Below, in pieces: positions 10,729-20,300 of a stretch of DNA of 64,000 nt. The notes beneath the pieces are model-generated. The model was not told the DNA's origin, ran no database searches, and was given only the letters and a program-made list of their open reading frames with translations. Source of the DNA: an uncultured delta proteobacterium (lineage in GTDB: Bacteria; Myxococcota; Myxococcia; SLRQ01); NCBI GenBank assembly GCA_963727485.1, contig CAVSGM010000003.1:726636-790635 (forward strand), read 5' to 3'. Positions within the stretch are counted from its first letter, which is position 1. Every line of letters begins with the position of its first letter. Made by a program: the position numbers and the translations under genes.

Positions 10729-11376
10729 CTACTCCCGAAAACGGCAGTCGCGCCAGAGCGTCTTGCCCGTGTTCCCCGGCTCCGAGATCGTGAGCTGGAA
10801 CTCCAGGGCGCGGCAGCTCGATGCACCAACGAACGCCGGCATGGCGGTGTTGCAGTGCGCGTCGGAGGGGATGGCGATCGGCACGCGGTCCACGTCGCCG
10901 CGGGCGAGCGTCACCTCGCCGTGCTTCTTGTCCACCGGCGGGAGTGCGAACCCGCTGGCATCCGGCGCCAGGAGCACGTGCCGGGAACCGTAGTCGAAAT
11001 CCTTGGACTCCAGGTCTCCCGCCACCGCGCGAAGCCGCCCCAGCTTCACCTGCACGGCCTCGTTGCCCACGTTCGAGAGCGCCACTCCGCCCTGGGTGCA
11101 CTCGATGCGGACGCTGTCGAGGAGCGCGAGCTGCTGGTCGTGGGCGTGGGCGACGATCCCGGAGACGACCGCGCCCCCGAGGCAGGCGAGGCCCGCCGTG
11201 AGGGCGAGCACGCCGCCCCACGTGTTGAACCCTTCCCAGGTGGCGTTCCGCTGGCTGGCGAGCCCCTCGGCGCTGTTCCGCCAGCGGGTGACGGCCCACA
11301 TGGTGTCGGGCTTCCAGAGGGCGAGGGCCCCCGTCCCCAGGAGGATGAGGCTCATGAGGATCAGCACGCCCGTCAT
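10729..11376 (-). CDS. Hypothetical membrane-anchored protein
   Basis: Two N-terminal hydrophobic helices; ATG overlaps the stop of the upstream mini-ORF. Confidence 0.6.
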   Translation of the reverse strand: MTGVLILMSLILLGTGALALWKPDTMWAVTRWRNSAEGLASQRNATWEGFNTWGGVLALTAGLACLGGAVVSGIVAHAHDQQLALLDSVRIECTQGGVALSNVGNEAVQVKLGRLRAVAGDLESKDFDYGSRHVLLAPDASGFALPPVDKKHGEVTLARGDVDRVPIAIPSDAHCNTAMPAFVGASSCRALEFQLTISEPGNTGKTLWRDCRFRE

Positions 11377-11489
11377 GACGAGCCTCCGTCGACCGCCGTC
11401 TCCGCCGCCCACCGCCACCGCCGCAGGTACGCCGACGCCAGCGCGCGGCAGACCCGGTCGAGTGCGGCCCAGATCATCTCGGTTGCCAT
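11373..11489 (-). pseudogene. Internally deleted, in-frame HNH gene remnant (38 aa)
   Basis: MATEMIWAALDRVCRAL-ASAYLRRWRWAAETAVDGGSS matches the N- and C-termini of the HNH gene at 7283-7892. Confidence 0.75.
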
Positions 11490-11493
11490 GACC

Positions 11494-12444
11494 CTACGGC
11501 ACCGGGTGATACCGCCGCGGGATCCAGCGGTACCCGTGCCCCTCGGCGCGGATGTGTCCGAGCCCCGGGAACGACAGGTGCGCCCCGCCCACCAGGTACC
11601 CCTGGGTCGCCGCCTGCGCCATCAGCTTCAGCCGGGTCTTGGCGGCCCGAGCGGGATCCGAGTCGAAGCTGATGGTGACCTTCGGATGGGGGAACTGCAC
11701 CTCGGCGCAGTGGACGATGTCGCCCCAGAGCAGCAGCCGCCGGCCCTTGCTCTCCACCATGTAGGCGGTGTGCCCGGGCGTGTGGCCGTGGGCGGGCACG
11801 GTGCGGATGCCGGGGAAGAGCTCGGTGGTGCCCGAGAAGGTCTTCACCTTCTTCGCCTTGATGTAGGGGTCGAGGGGCGCATGCGCCTTGGCGCCGGACT
11901 TCAGCGACCACGCCAGCTCGCGCTTGGCCAGGTACACCACCGCGTTGGGGAACACCCGGTGGCCGCCGGCGCTGAGGCCGCCGATGTGATCCCCGTGGGT
12001 GTGGGTGAGGAGCACCGCGTCGATCTGGCCCGGCTGGTAGCCCGACGCCTTCAGGTTCGTGAGGAGGCGACCGGTGGCGCCGGCCGGCCGCTGGCCGGTC
12101 CCCGTGTCGACCAGCACCACGCGCTTGCCGGTGTCGATGAGAAAGGCGTTCACCGAGGTCTCGATCGGCAGGCGCTCGTGGTCCCGGGCCAGGATCCGGC
12201 GCGCCAGCTGGGGCTTGCTCAAGAGCTTGTCCATGGGGCCGGGGAAGGCGCCGTCGTTGAGGGCCGTGATCACGAAGTCCCCGAGCTTCATCCGGTAGTA
12301 GCCCGGCGCCTGGGACTTGGTGTTGGCGGGGGCGGCCGGTGGCGGCGACGCGGCCGGCTGGGCCATCGCGGAGGTGGCCACGCAAGCTGCGAGCAAGGCG
12401 GCCAGCGGGAGGGGTGTCGGGAGGCGGAAGGACTTGGTCTGCAT
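11494..12444 (-). CDS. Secreted MBL-fold metallo-hydrolase (methyl-parathion hydrolase/lactonase-like)
   Basis: Signal peptide, QAPGYYRMKLG, THTHGDH, GHTPGH, WGDIVH, GAHLSFPG. Confidence 0.9.
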   Translation of the reverse strand: MQTKSFRLPTPLPLAALLAACVATSAMAQPAASPPPAAPANTKSQAPGYYRMKLGDFVITALNDGAFPGPMDKLLSKPQLARRILARDHERLPIETSVNAFLIDTGKRVVLVDTGTGQRPAGATGRLLTNLKASGYQPGQIDAVLLTHTHGDHIGGLSAGGHRVFPNAVVYLAKRELAWSLKSGAKAHAPLDPYIKAKKVKTFSGTTELFPGIRTVPAHGHTPGHTAYMVESKGRRLLLWGDIVHCAEVQFPHPKVTISFDSDPARAAKTRLKLMAQAATQGYLVGGAHLSFPGLGHIRAEGHGYRWIPRRYHPVP

Positions 12445-12541
12445 GGTCGTGCTCCGGATAGGGGCCGGCCAGCCTATCAGGCGCGACGCCGGAGCGGTCG
12501 CCGAGTGCGTCGCAACTGCCAACACGCGCTGTAGGTGGAGC

Positions 12542-14032
12542 TCATTGGCACTGGTCGGCACCGACGTCGTTGTCGCTGCCACGGGCCTCTGCGTCGAGGT
12601 CATCCTTGACGTCGGCCAGCACCCCGCCCTTGCCGGCGACGGCGGGGAGGTTGCACCCGGCAAGGTGCAGATCGCCCGCATCAGGGGACAAGAAGAAGCT
12701 CGCTGTGGCTGTCGTCACGTTGCTGCCGAGGGTTGCCGTGGCGCCGTTGCGGGCGGCGATCGCGTTGCTGGTCAGGTTGTTCTTCACGACCAGGCCGCTG
12801 CTGACGTCCCAGCGGTACTCGATCGCGTTCGGGTAGGCCTGGGGCGACGAGAAGAAGACGGTGTTGTTGAGGAGCTTCACCCCGTGGCCGCGCTCGACGC
12901 TGATCCCCACGTCGTGCTCGGCGTCCCCGGCAAACTTCGAGAACACGGTGTTGTTGCGCACCATCGTGCCGTAGACGTCCGCCGTCATGCCGACGCCAAT
13001 GCCCCGGGCGCAGTTCGTGATCACGTTGCGTTCGATGGTGTGGGCGGTGCCCTGGGGACTGTCCCACATGTGGATTGCGTACTCGGCCAGTCCACCCGTG
13101 TAGGTCTGTCCGCCACGCTCGCTGGCCTTCTTGCCGTGAGCCGGCCGCTGCACCCCGCCGGCGTCGCAGTAGATGCCCTCGAAGTGGTTGTCGGCGATCA
13201 GCCAATTGCGCGCGCCGTGCGCGTCGATGCCGCCCGTGTAGCAAGTGGTGCCGCCCGTCTGCGATCCGTAGCCCCAGACGTTGTCGCGCCCGGCCGGCGT
13301 CATCGAGAACTCGCTGCAGGTGACCTGCACGTTGTCGACGAACTCGCCCGAGCCGGGGCTCGCCTTTACGAACTGCTCTCCGCCGTCGATCAGGTGCAGG
13401 TTCTGAAGCACCACGTTGTCAGCGTTGGACCAGAGGTGGACCAGGTGAAAGATGCTGCGCTTCAGTGTCAGGTCGGCGACCACCACGCCAGGCGCGTCGA
13501 TCGTCATCAGAGCCGTCGTGCCGCCGTGGTCGGCGTAGTCTGAATCGAGGACCACTGCCGCGGCGTTGCCCGACTTCGAGCGCAGCGTCACGTTCGGCTT
13601 GGTGAAGTAGAGTCCCGTGTAGTCGCCGCTTCCCGTGGACTCCGGAAACGTGTAGGTGCCGTCGTCGAGCACGATGATGTCACCCGACGCCGCCCCCGAC
13701 ACCACCGCGCGCAGCGTCTTCGTACCCCCACCCGCAACGTTGACCATTCCGCCCGCAGCGGGCGACACCTCGATGATCTTGCCGGGCTTGGTGCGGATTG
13801 CCTGCGAGCGGGCCAGGCAGGCCGCCTCGGCGGCGGTGACACCGCCGTCGGTGCCGCCGTCCGTCCCCGTGCCGCCGTCCGTCGTCGTGCCGCCGTCCGT
13901 CCCCGTGCCGCCGTCCGTCGTCGTGCCGCCAGCGTCGCCGCCGGTCGAGCCGGGATGGCCTCCGCAGCCGCCGGCAAGCGTGAACAGGAACAGCGCGAGC
14001 ACGGCGAAGCGGCGGTGGATGGAGGTACGCAT
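12542..14032 (-). CDS. Right-handed beta-helix lipoprotein
   Basis: Lipobox LAGGC, Gly/Thr/Asp linker, parallel beta-helix repeats, C-terminal DVGADQ. Confidence 0.75.
   Translation of the reverse strand: MRTSIHRRFAVLALFLFTLAGGCGGHPGSTGGDAGGTTTDGGTGTDGGTTTDGGTGTDGGTDGGVTAAEAACLARSQAIRTKPGKIIEVSPAAGGMVNVAGGGTKTLRAVVSGAASGDIIVLDDGTYTFPESTGSGDYTGLYFTKPNVTLRSKSGNAAAVVLDSDYADHGGTTALMTIDAPGVVVADLTLKRSIFHLVHLWSNADNVVLQNLHLIDGGEQFVKASPGSGEFVDNVQVTCSEFSMTPAGRDNVWGYGSQTGGTTCYTGGIDAHGARNWLIADNHFEGIYCDAGGVQRPAHGKKASERGGQTYTGGLAEYAIHMWDSPQGTAHTIERNVITNCARGIGVGMTADVYGTMVRNNTVFSKFAGDAEHDVGISVERGHGVKLLNNTVFFSSPQAYPNAIEYRWDVSSGLVVKNNLTSNAIAARNGATATLGSNVTTATASFFLSPDAGDLHLAGCNLPAVAGKGGVLADVKDDLDAEARGSDNDVGADQCQ
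13843..13930 (-). repeat. Coding tandem repeat (GTTTDG/GTGTDG linker)
   Basis: Repeated gtgccgccgtccgtc units. Confidence 0.8.
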
Positions 14033-14213
14033 TCGGGGAGCCTAGCACTTCCCAATTCGCAGACGGCAAGGAAGGCCAACCCCCGCCTGCACCGCCATCC
14101 ACGGCCAGCTGTGGAGTGCCGCCAGGTTGTTCAGGCTACCCGGCCGCGTGGTGCCCGCGCCGGGCTGGCACCGCCCGGGGGCCGGCCCTACACCTGTGTT
14201 CTGGGAGGGACAC

Positions 14214-14753
14214 ATGATGAAGCTGCTCGCGATGCTGGCCCTGGGCCTCGCCATCGGCGCCTGCGCGACCACCGCCACGGCCCAGGGCGAGCTGCCGCCG
14301 CTCCAGACGGTGCCGAAGGTCGAGCTCTCGCGCTACCTCGGGACCTGGTACGAGATCGCCAGCTTCCCCCAGCGCTTCCAGCGCGGCTGCACCGGCACCA
14401 CCGCCACCTACTCGCTCATGGACAACGGCGAGCTCCGGGTGGTCAACCGCTGCTTCAAGGGCTCCCTCGACGGCAAGCTCTCCGTCGCGCGCGGCCACGC
14501 CTGGGTCGTCGACAAGACGACGAACGCGAAGCTCGAGGTGAGCTTCTTCTGGCCCTTCCACGGCGCCTACTGGATCATCGATCTCGATCCCGACTACCGG
14601 TACGCCGTCGTCGGCAACCCGAGCCGCGACTACCTGTGGATCCTCTCGCGTACGCCGTCGATGGATCCCGAGGTCTACGCCGGCATCCTGAAGCGGCTCG
14701 CGGCGCAGGGCTACGACACCAGCCGGCTGGTGCGGACGTTGCAGAAGGGCTAG
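14214..14753 (+). CDS. blc: Bacterial lipocalin (Blc family), copy 2
   Basis: Near-identical to copy 1; lipobox IGAC present. Confidence 0.92.
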   Translation: MMKLLAMLALGLAIGACATTATAQGELPPLQTVPKVELSRYLGTWYEIASFPQRFQRGCTGTTATYSLMDNGELRVVNRCFKGSLDGKLSVARGHAWVVDKTTNAKLEVSFFWPFHGAYWIIDLDPDYRYAVVGNPSRDYLWILSRTPSMDPEVYAGILKRLAAQGYDTSRLVRTLQKG

Positions 14754-14821
14754 CGGCGCCCGCGATACCCCTCGGTCAAACGGCGGATGGGCAGACGCGC
14801 GTGGTCTGCGATCATCGCGCC

Positions 14822-15313
14822 ATGAAACGAGCCCTCGGCGTCGCGGCCCTGTGTCTCTTTGCCGCCTGTCATCCACGGGTGCCGATCAACGACACCTTCC
14901 CCGGCCGCACGGCGCGCGAGATCCTGGCGCACGCCGAGAGCGCCACCATCTCCCGCACCGAGCAACCGTCCGGTGCCAGCGCCACCCGCAAGCTCGGCTC
15001 CCGCGATCGCGGAAAGATCATCGAGGCGATGCTGGCGCTGAAGCCCGGCGGCGGCTGCCGGTGCCTCTGCGGCTTCCTCGATCACAAGTGGTACCTCGAT
15101 TACGAGGTGAAGGGTCCCCTGGGCAGCGTGACCCTCGAGAAGATCTACGGCTGTCCGTTTGCGCCAACGCTGACGGTCGTCTCGGCGAAGACCGGGAAGA
15201 CCACCTCCGTCAAGGTGGAGGTACAGGGACTGGATGCGCCGGAGCGGATCTTCAAGCGCATCTTCCCCAAGAGCGGGCCGTTCGTGGAAGCCGCCGGTCA
15301 CGGCGCGCAGTAG
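14822..15313 (+). CDS. Hypothetical lipoprotein
   Basis: MKRALGVAALCLFAAC lipobox; CRCLC cluster. Confidence 0.6.
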   Translation: MKRALGVAALCLFAACHPRVPINDTFPGRTAREILAHAESATISRTEQPSGASATRKLGSRDRGKIIEAMLALKPGGGCRCLCGFLDHKWYLDYEVKGPLGSVTLEKIYGCPFAPTLTVVSAKTGKTTSVKVEVQGLDAPERIFKRIFPKSGPFVEAAGHGAQ

Positions 15314-15417
15314 ACTTCGGGGCATCCGCGGGACCCGGGACCCTGCCCGCGCCCCACCGCGCGACCGCTCGGGACGCACCGACCCCGCCCGCCGCGCCGA
15401 GAAGCGGGCGCGGGAGC

Positions 15418-16926
15418 TCACCGCGGCACGTGCACGCCGGTGGTGCTCGGATCGAGCAGGCTGCCGAGGTTGTGCACCTGGGCGTCGTTGTACCCGAGCT
15501 GGCCCACCGGGCCGAGGAAGTTGTACTCGAGGAACCGCACAATCGACGAGTGCTCCAGGGTCACGTGCGAGAGGGTGCCGGGCTTCACGAACGGCCCCAG
15601 GACCAAGAGCGGCACCCGGGTCCCATAGGGCACCGGGTTCCCCTGGGCGTCGGTGTCGATGCTCGGCGGCGGCGGGACGTGGTCGAAGAAGCCGCCGCCC
15701 TCGTCCCAGGTGATGAGGATCAGGGTGGAGTCGGCCTCGGCGGACTGCTGGACGGTCTGGACCACCTGCTCCACGAAGGCCTCGCCGTCGTGGATGTTGG
15801 AGACGTTCGGGTGCTCGTTCCTCGTCGTCAGCGCCTTGAGGTAGGCGAAGTTGGGCAGCGCGCCGCTCGCCACGTCCTGGGCGAACTGCGAGAAGTCGAC
15901 GATGTCCGGGCCGTCGGCGAACTGCGCGTAATAGGCGAAGGGGATGTCCGAGGCGTCGTAGCGGCACGCCTGGTGGGCCACGGGGTGGGCGACGGCGCCG
16001 TACTGGCAATCGGCCGCGATGCCCGGACAGTGCCCGTAGCCGGCCGCCTTCGCCTCCGCGTAGCCCTGGGCGTAGACCTTGAAGGTCTTGCCGGCCGCGA
16101 GGAGCAGGTCGGCGATGGTGGTGCGACCGTAGTACTTGGTCCGGTGCGCCGAGATGCAGACCGCGTCGGCGGTGCAGTCGAGGAGGCAGCCGATGGCGTC
16201 GGGCATGTTCTGGTTGTCCACGAACTGCTCGTGGGCGATGGCGAAGTACATGTCGTTCGACGAGGTGCTGCCGGCGATGGGCTGGAAGTAGCGGTCCGCG
16301 AGCGCGCCCTCGCCCGCGAGCTGCCAGTAGGTGCCCACCGTGCTCGCGTCCGCGAGAGCGTAGTTGTCGGCGGCGGAGCAGTTGGGCCCCGTGCCGAGGC
16401 AGGTGTCGGAGCCGCTGGCGCCGCTGACGTAGCCGTCCATGGCGCCGCCGTCGATCTGCTGCAGCTCGCAGGCCTGGGTGTGGTCGCGGTCGCTGGCGAA
16501 GTTGCTGGCGTCGTCGAGCACCGTGGGAAAGGCGCCGCGGGGCTCGGTCCCCGGCGCGGCTTCGCAGCACGACGGCCCCTGGGTGCAGGTGGGGTCGGAG
16601 TACGCCGGCGCCTGGCAGTAGAGGCCGAAGTAGGCGTCGAAGGTGTGGTTCTCCTCCACCACCAGCACCACGTGCTTTATCTTCGAGTCCTGGCAGGTCG
16701 CGTCGGCGCAGTGCTGCGCGCCGGTGCACGCGGTCTGGCAGGCGCCGCAGTGGGCGTCGTTCTCGGTGACGTCGATGCACTGGCCGCCGCAGAACGCCTG
16801 GCCGGTGGGACAGGAGGGACCGGCGTCCGGGGTGCCGGCGGGGCCGTGGCCGCAGCCGACCAGCGGGACGAGGAGGACGAGGAGGACGAGGAGCCAGAGT
16901 CGAGCGTGCACGCCCCAGTTTACCAC
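15418..16926 (-). CDS. Phosphoesterase/phospholipase C family lipoprotein with a Cys-rich N-domain
   Basis: IKHVVLVVEENHTFDAYFG, ITWDEGGGFFDHV, YGTRVP; HCGACQTAC myxobacterial-type repeat. Confidence 0.88.
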   Translation of the reverse strand: MVNWGVHARLWLLVLLVLLVPLVGCGHGPAGTPDAGPSCPTGQAFCGGQCIDVTENDAHCGACQTACTGAQHCADATCQDSKIKHVVLVVEENHTFDAYFGLYCQAPAYSDPTCTQGPSCCEAAPGTEPRGAFPTVLDDASNFASDRDHTQACELQQIDGGAMDGYVSGASGSDTCLGTGPNCSAADNYALADASTVGTYWQLAGEGALADRYFQPIAGSTSSNDMYFAIAHEQFVDNQNMPDAIGCLLDCTADAVCISAHRTKYYGRTTIADLLLAAGKTFKVYAQGYAEAKAAGYGHCPGIAADCQYGAVAHPVAHQACRYDASDIPFAYYAQFADGPDIVDFSQFAQDVASGALPNFAYLKALTTRNEHPNVSNIHDGEAFVEQVVQTVQQSAEADSTLILITWDEGGGFFDHVPPPPSIDTDAQGNPVPYGTRVPLLVLGPFVKPGTLSHVTLEHSSIVRFLEYNFLGPVGQLGYNDAQVHNLGSLLDPSTTGVHVPR

Positions 16927-16938
16927 GCGGCCCGCCGC

Positions 16939-17346
16939 TCAGCCGCCGAGGGTGAGCTCGGCCTCGGCCGGCGCCTCGCCGACGGGGTGACCCATGCGCT
17001 CGAAGCGCACCACGAGGCGGCCGGCGGCGTCCGCGGGGAGCCCGTGGCTCTCGGCGAGGTCCACGGCGACCTCCAGGGCCTGCCCGGGCTCCAGGGTGCC
17101 GTAGAGGCGCTCGCTCGGCGCCACGCTGACCATCGGGCCCGCGTAGCGCACCTCGTGCCCCTCGAGGGTCACCTTCAGCCGGCTCGCGAGGTTGAAGGTG
17201 AACACGTGGACGGTCCGCGCCGACGTGTTCTCGAAGCGCACGGTGGCCACCACGTGGTCCCCGGCGCGGGTGAGGGCAAGCGTGGTCACGACCTCACCGG
17301 GGTCGATGCGGCCGTACGCGTGCCAGTCGATGTGCGCCTCGCCCAT
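16939..17346 (-). CDS. Hypothetical protein
   Basis: GGAGG RBS then MGEAHIDW; beta-rich coding-like sequence. Confidence 0.55.
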   Translation of the reverse strand: MGEAHIDWHAYGRIDPGEVVTTLALTRAGDHVVATVRFENTSARTVHVFTFNLASRLKVTLEGHEVRYAGPMVSVAPSERLYGTLEPGQALEVAVDLAESHGLPADAAGRLVVRFERMGHPVGEAPAEAELTLGG

Positions 17347-17359
17347 GGTGGCCTCCACC

Positions 17360-20300
17360 CTACGCCTCCCCGGCGGCCCGCGCGACAGACCCCAGCCGCA
17401 CCCGGACCTCGCGGGTGCCCGTGCCGGCCGGGTCCAGGCGGAATCCGGTTCCCCGCAATCCGGGCGCCGTCCACGGTCAGCGTCGCCACCCCGCTCGCCA
17501 CGCCGTCGGGGTTCTCGACCACCACGTGGACGACCTGCTGCCCGCTGTGGACCCAGGCCTCGAAGCCCGGCCACGCCGGGGGGATGCAGGGATCGAGGCG
17601 CAGCTGGCCCTCGTCCCGGCGGAGGCCGAGGATGCCCTCGACGCCCAGGCGCCACAGCCACGCCGCCGCGCCGGTGTACCAGGTCCAGCCGCCGCGCCCG
17701 ACCCAGGGGGCGGCGCTGTAGACGTCGCCGGCCAGGGCGTAGGGCTCGACCCGGTAGCGCTCGGCGTCGGCCAGGGTGCGGACCCGGAGCGCCGGGTTGA
17801 GCAGGCGGAAGATCCGCTCGGCGCCCTCGCCGTCGCCGAGGGCGGCGTGGGCCAGGCCGAGCCAGGTGGCGGCGTGGGTGTACTGGCCTCCGTTCTCGCG
17901 GATGCCGGGCGGGTAGGCGCGGATGTAGCCGGGGTCGTGGCGCGTGGTGTCGAACGGGGGCCGCAGGAGGAGGACCAGCCGGTCGGCCTCGAGCACCAGG
18001 CGCTCGTCGGCGGCGGCCAGCGCCCGGCGCGCCCGCTTGGGGTCGCCGGCACCGGAGAGGACCGCCCACGACTGGGCGATGGAGTCGATGGTGCACTCCC
18101 GCGACCGCGTGGAGCCCAGGCGCGAGCCGTCGTCGTGGAAGGCGCGCAGGTACCAGTCGCCGTCCCAGGCCGAGGCCTCCAGGTTGTGGCGAAGCCCCTC
18201 CGCCCGGCTTCGCCACGCCGCCGCCTCCTCGTCGTCCCCCCGGCGCTCGCAGAGCCCGGCGAAGCGCTGGAGGGTGCTGAACAAGAACCACCCGAGCCAC
18301 ACGCTCTCCCCGCGACCCTCGGCGCCGACGCGGTTCATCCCGTCGTTCCAGTCCCCGTCGCCCATCAGCGGCAGCCCGTGTCGCCCGCGGGTGGCGCCTT
18401 TCGCCACCGCCCGTCGGCAGTGCTCGAGGAGGGGCTCGGGGGCCGGCGCCGACTCGAAGAGGGCGTAGCGGTCGTGCTCGTCGCGCCGGAGGGGGGCGCC
18501 CCGCAGCAGCGGCACCCGCTCCGACAGGATCGAATCGTCGCCGGTGGCCGAGACGTACTCCGCGACCACGTAGGGCAGCCACAGCAGATCGTCGGAGCAG
18601 TGGGTCCGCACCCCGCGCCCGGAGGGGGGGTGCCACCAGTGGAGGACGTCGCCCTCCTCGAACTGGTGCGCCGCCGCCTCGAGGATGTGGGCCCGGGCGA
18701 GCTCGGGCGCCGCGTGGAGCAGCGCCATCACGTCCTGGAGCTGATCGCGGAACCCGAAGGCGCCGCTGGACTGGTAGAACGCCGTCCGCCCGAACACCCG
18801 CGAGGAGAGGCTCTGGTAGAGCAGCCACCGGTTGAGCATCAGATCCATCGACGGCTCCGGGGTCTTGACCTGTACGCTCCCGAGGATCCGGTCCCAGAAC
18901 TGCCCCAGCGCCACCTGCGCGGCGTCCACCGTCGCCGGGGCGCGGTAGCGCTCGACCACCGCCAGCGCCTCGGCCCGGCTCGCCGCCTCCCCGAGGAGGA
19001 AGTGGGTCTCGATCGTCTCGCCGGGCTCGAGCTCCAGGTGCACCTGCAGCGCCGCGCAGGGATCGAGGCCGCCGCCGACCCGGCCACCGAGGCCCCAGCG
19101 CTCCAGGGCGGCCGGTCGCGCGTAGTCCCCGCGCCGCCCGAGGAACTCGGCGCGGTCGGCGGTGAACCCGTGGAGCTCCCGCGCCGAGGCGACGAACGCC
19201 ACCCGATCCGCGAACTCGGGCCGCCAGCTGCAGCGGGCCAGGATGCTCGCGTGGCTCTGGACCTGCTCGGTGGTGATGTACGCCTGCTGCGCCTCCCGCA
19301 GCGCCCCCAGGACCCACTCGACGTAGTAGGTGGCGGTGAGCCGCCGGTGGCGCGTCAGGGTGTTCTTCAGGCGCAGCCGCAGCACCTTCACCGGCGCGTC
19401 GGGCGGGACGAAGACCGAGAGCGCCTGCTCCAGCCCGTGGCACTCCCGCTGGTAGCGCGTGTAGCCGGCGCCGTGGCGGACGAGCACCTCGCCGTGCTGG
19501 CCGGCCGGCCGCGGCGTCGGCGACCAGATCGCGGCGGTCTCCTCGTCGCGCAGGTAGAGGACCTCGGAGGGCGTGTCGAAGACCGGGTCGTTGCGCCACG
19601 GGGTGAGCCGGTTCTCGCCGGCGTTGAGCGACCAGGTGGAGCCGAGGGACGACTCGCTGACCAGGCAGCCGAAGGTCGAATTCGCCAGCACGTTGCCCCA
19701 CGGCGCCGGGGTCGGCGCGCCGGGCCGGACCCGGATCACGTACTCGCGGCCGTCCTCGGTGAAGCCGCCGAGGCCGTGGTCGAAGGCCAGGGTCGGCGCC
19801 GCCACCGGGCGCGCGCCGTCGTCCTCCACCAGGGTCGGCTCGAGGCGGGGCGCGTCCCGGCGGACCTCGGCCGGTCGCGCGAAGCGGGCGGCGAGCGAGC
19901 CGTCCCGGGTGTCGAGGACGGCGCGGGCGCTGGCCTCGAGGTCGCGGCCCTCGTCCTCGGAGATCTGGTCGCTCGCCAGGACGACGATGCCGCCGCGGCG
20001 ATTGATCCACTCGTCGAGCTCATGCTGGGCGATCACGCTGCGCAGCGTGCCGGAGCCTTCGGCGGCGTAGCCGGTGGCCTGCTCGTCGACGAGGACCACG
20101 TCGATCCGGATCCCGCAGAGCCGGAGGTAGCGGTGGGCGACGAGCACCTCGTGGAGGAGGGCCGCCTGGGCGTCGTGCACCCGGACCAGAAGGATCGGAT
20201 CGTCGCCGGAGATCCCCCGCCCCCAGAGCCGGCTCTGTGACGGCCGCGCCTCGACCAGGACCTCCGAGGGCGGGCGGAACGCCGGATCGGCGAAGACCAG

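Noticed and set aside
13843..13930. CRISPR-like repeats here and at 41645-41820
   Set aside because: Contiguous in-frame coding repeats without unique spacers; no cas genes
1560..17000. Integron cassette array
   Set aside because: No integron integrase, mixed gene orientations and no convincing recurrent attC (RYYYAAC...GTTRRRY) sites by eye; IntegronFinder would settle it
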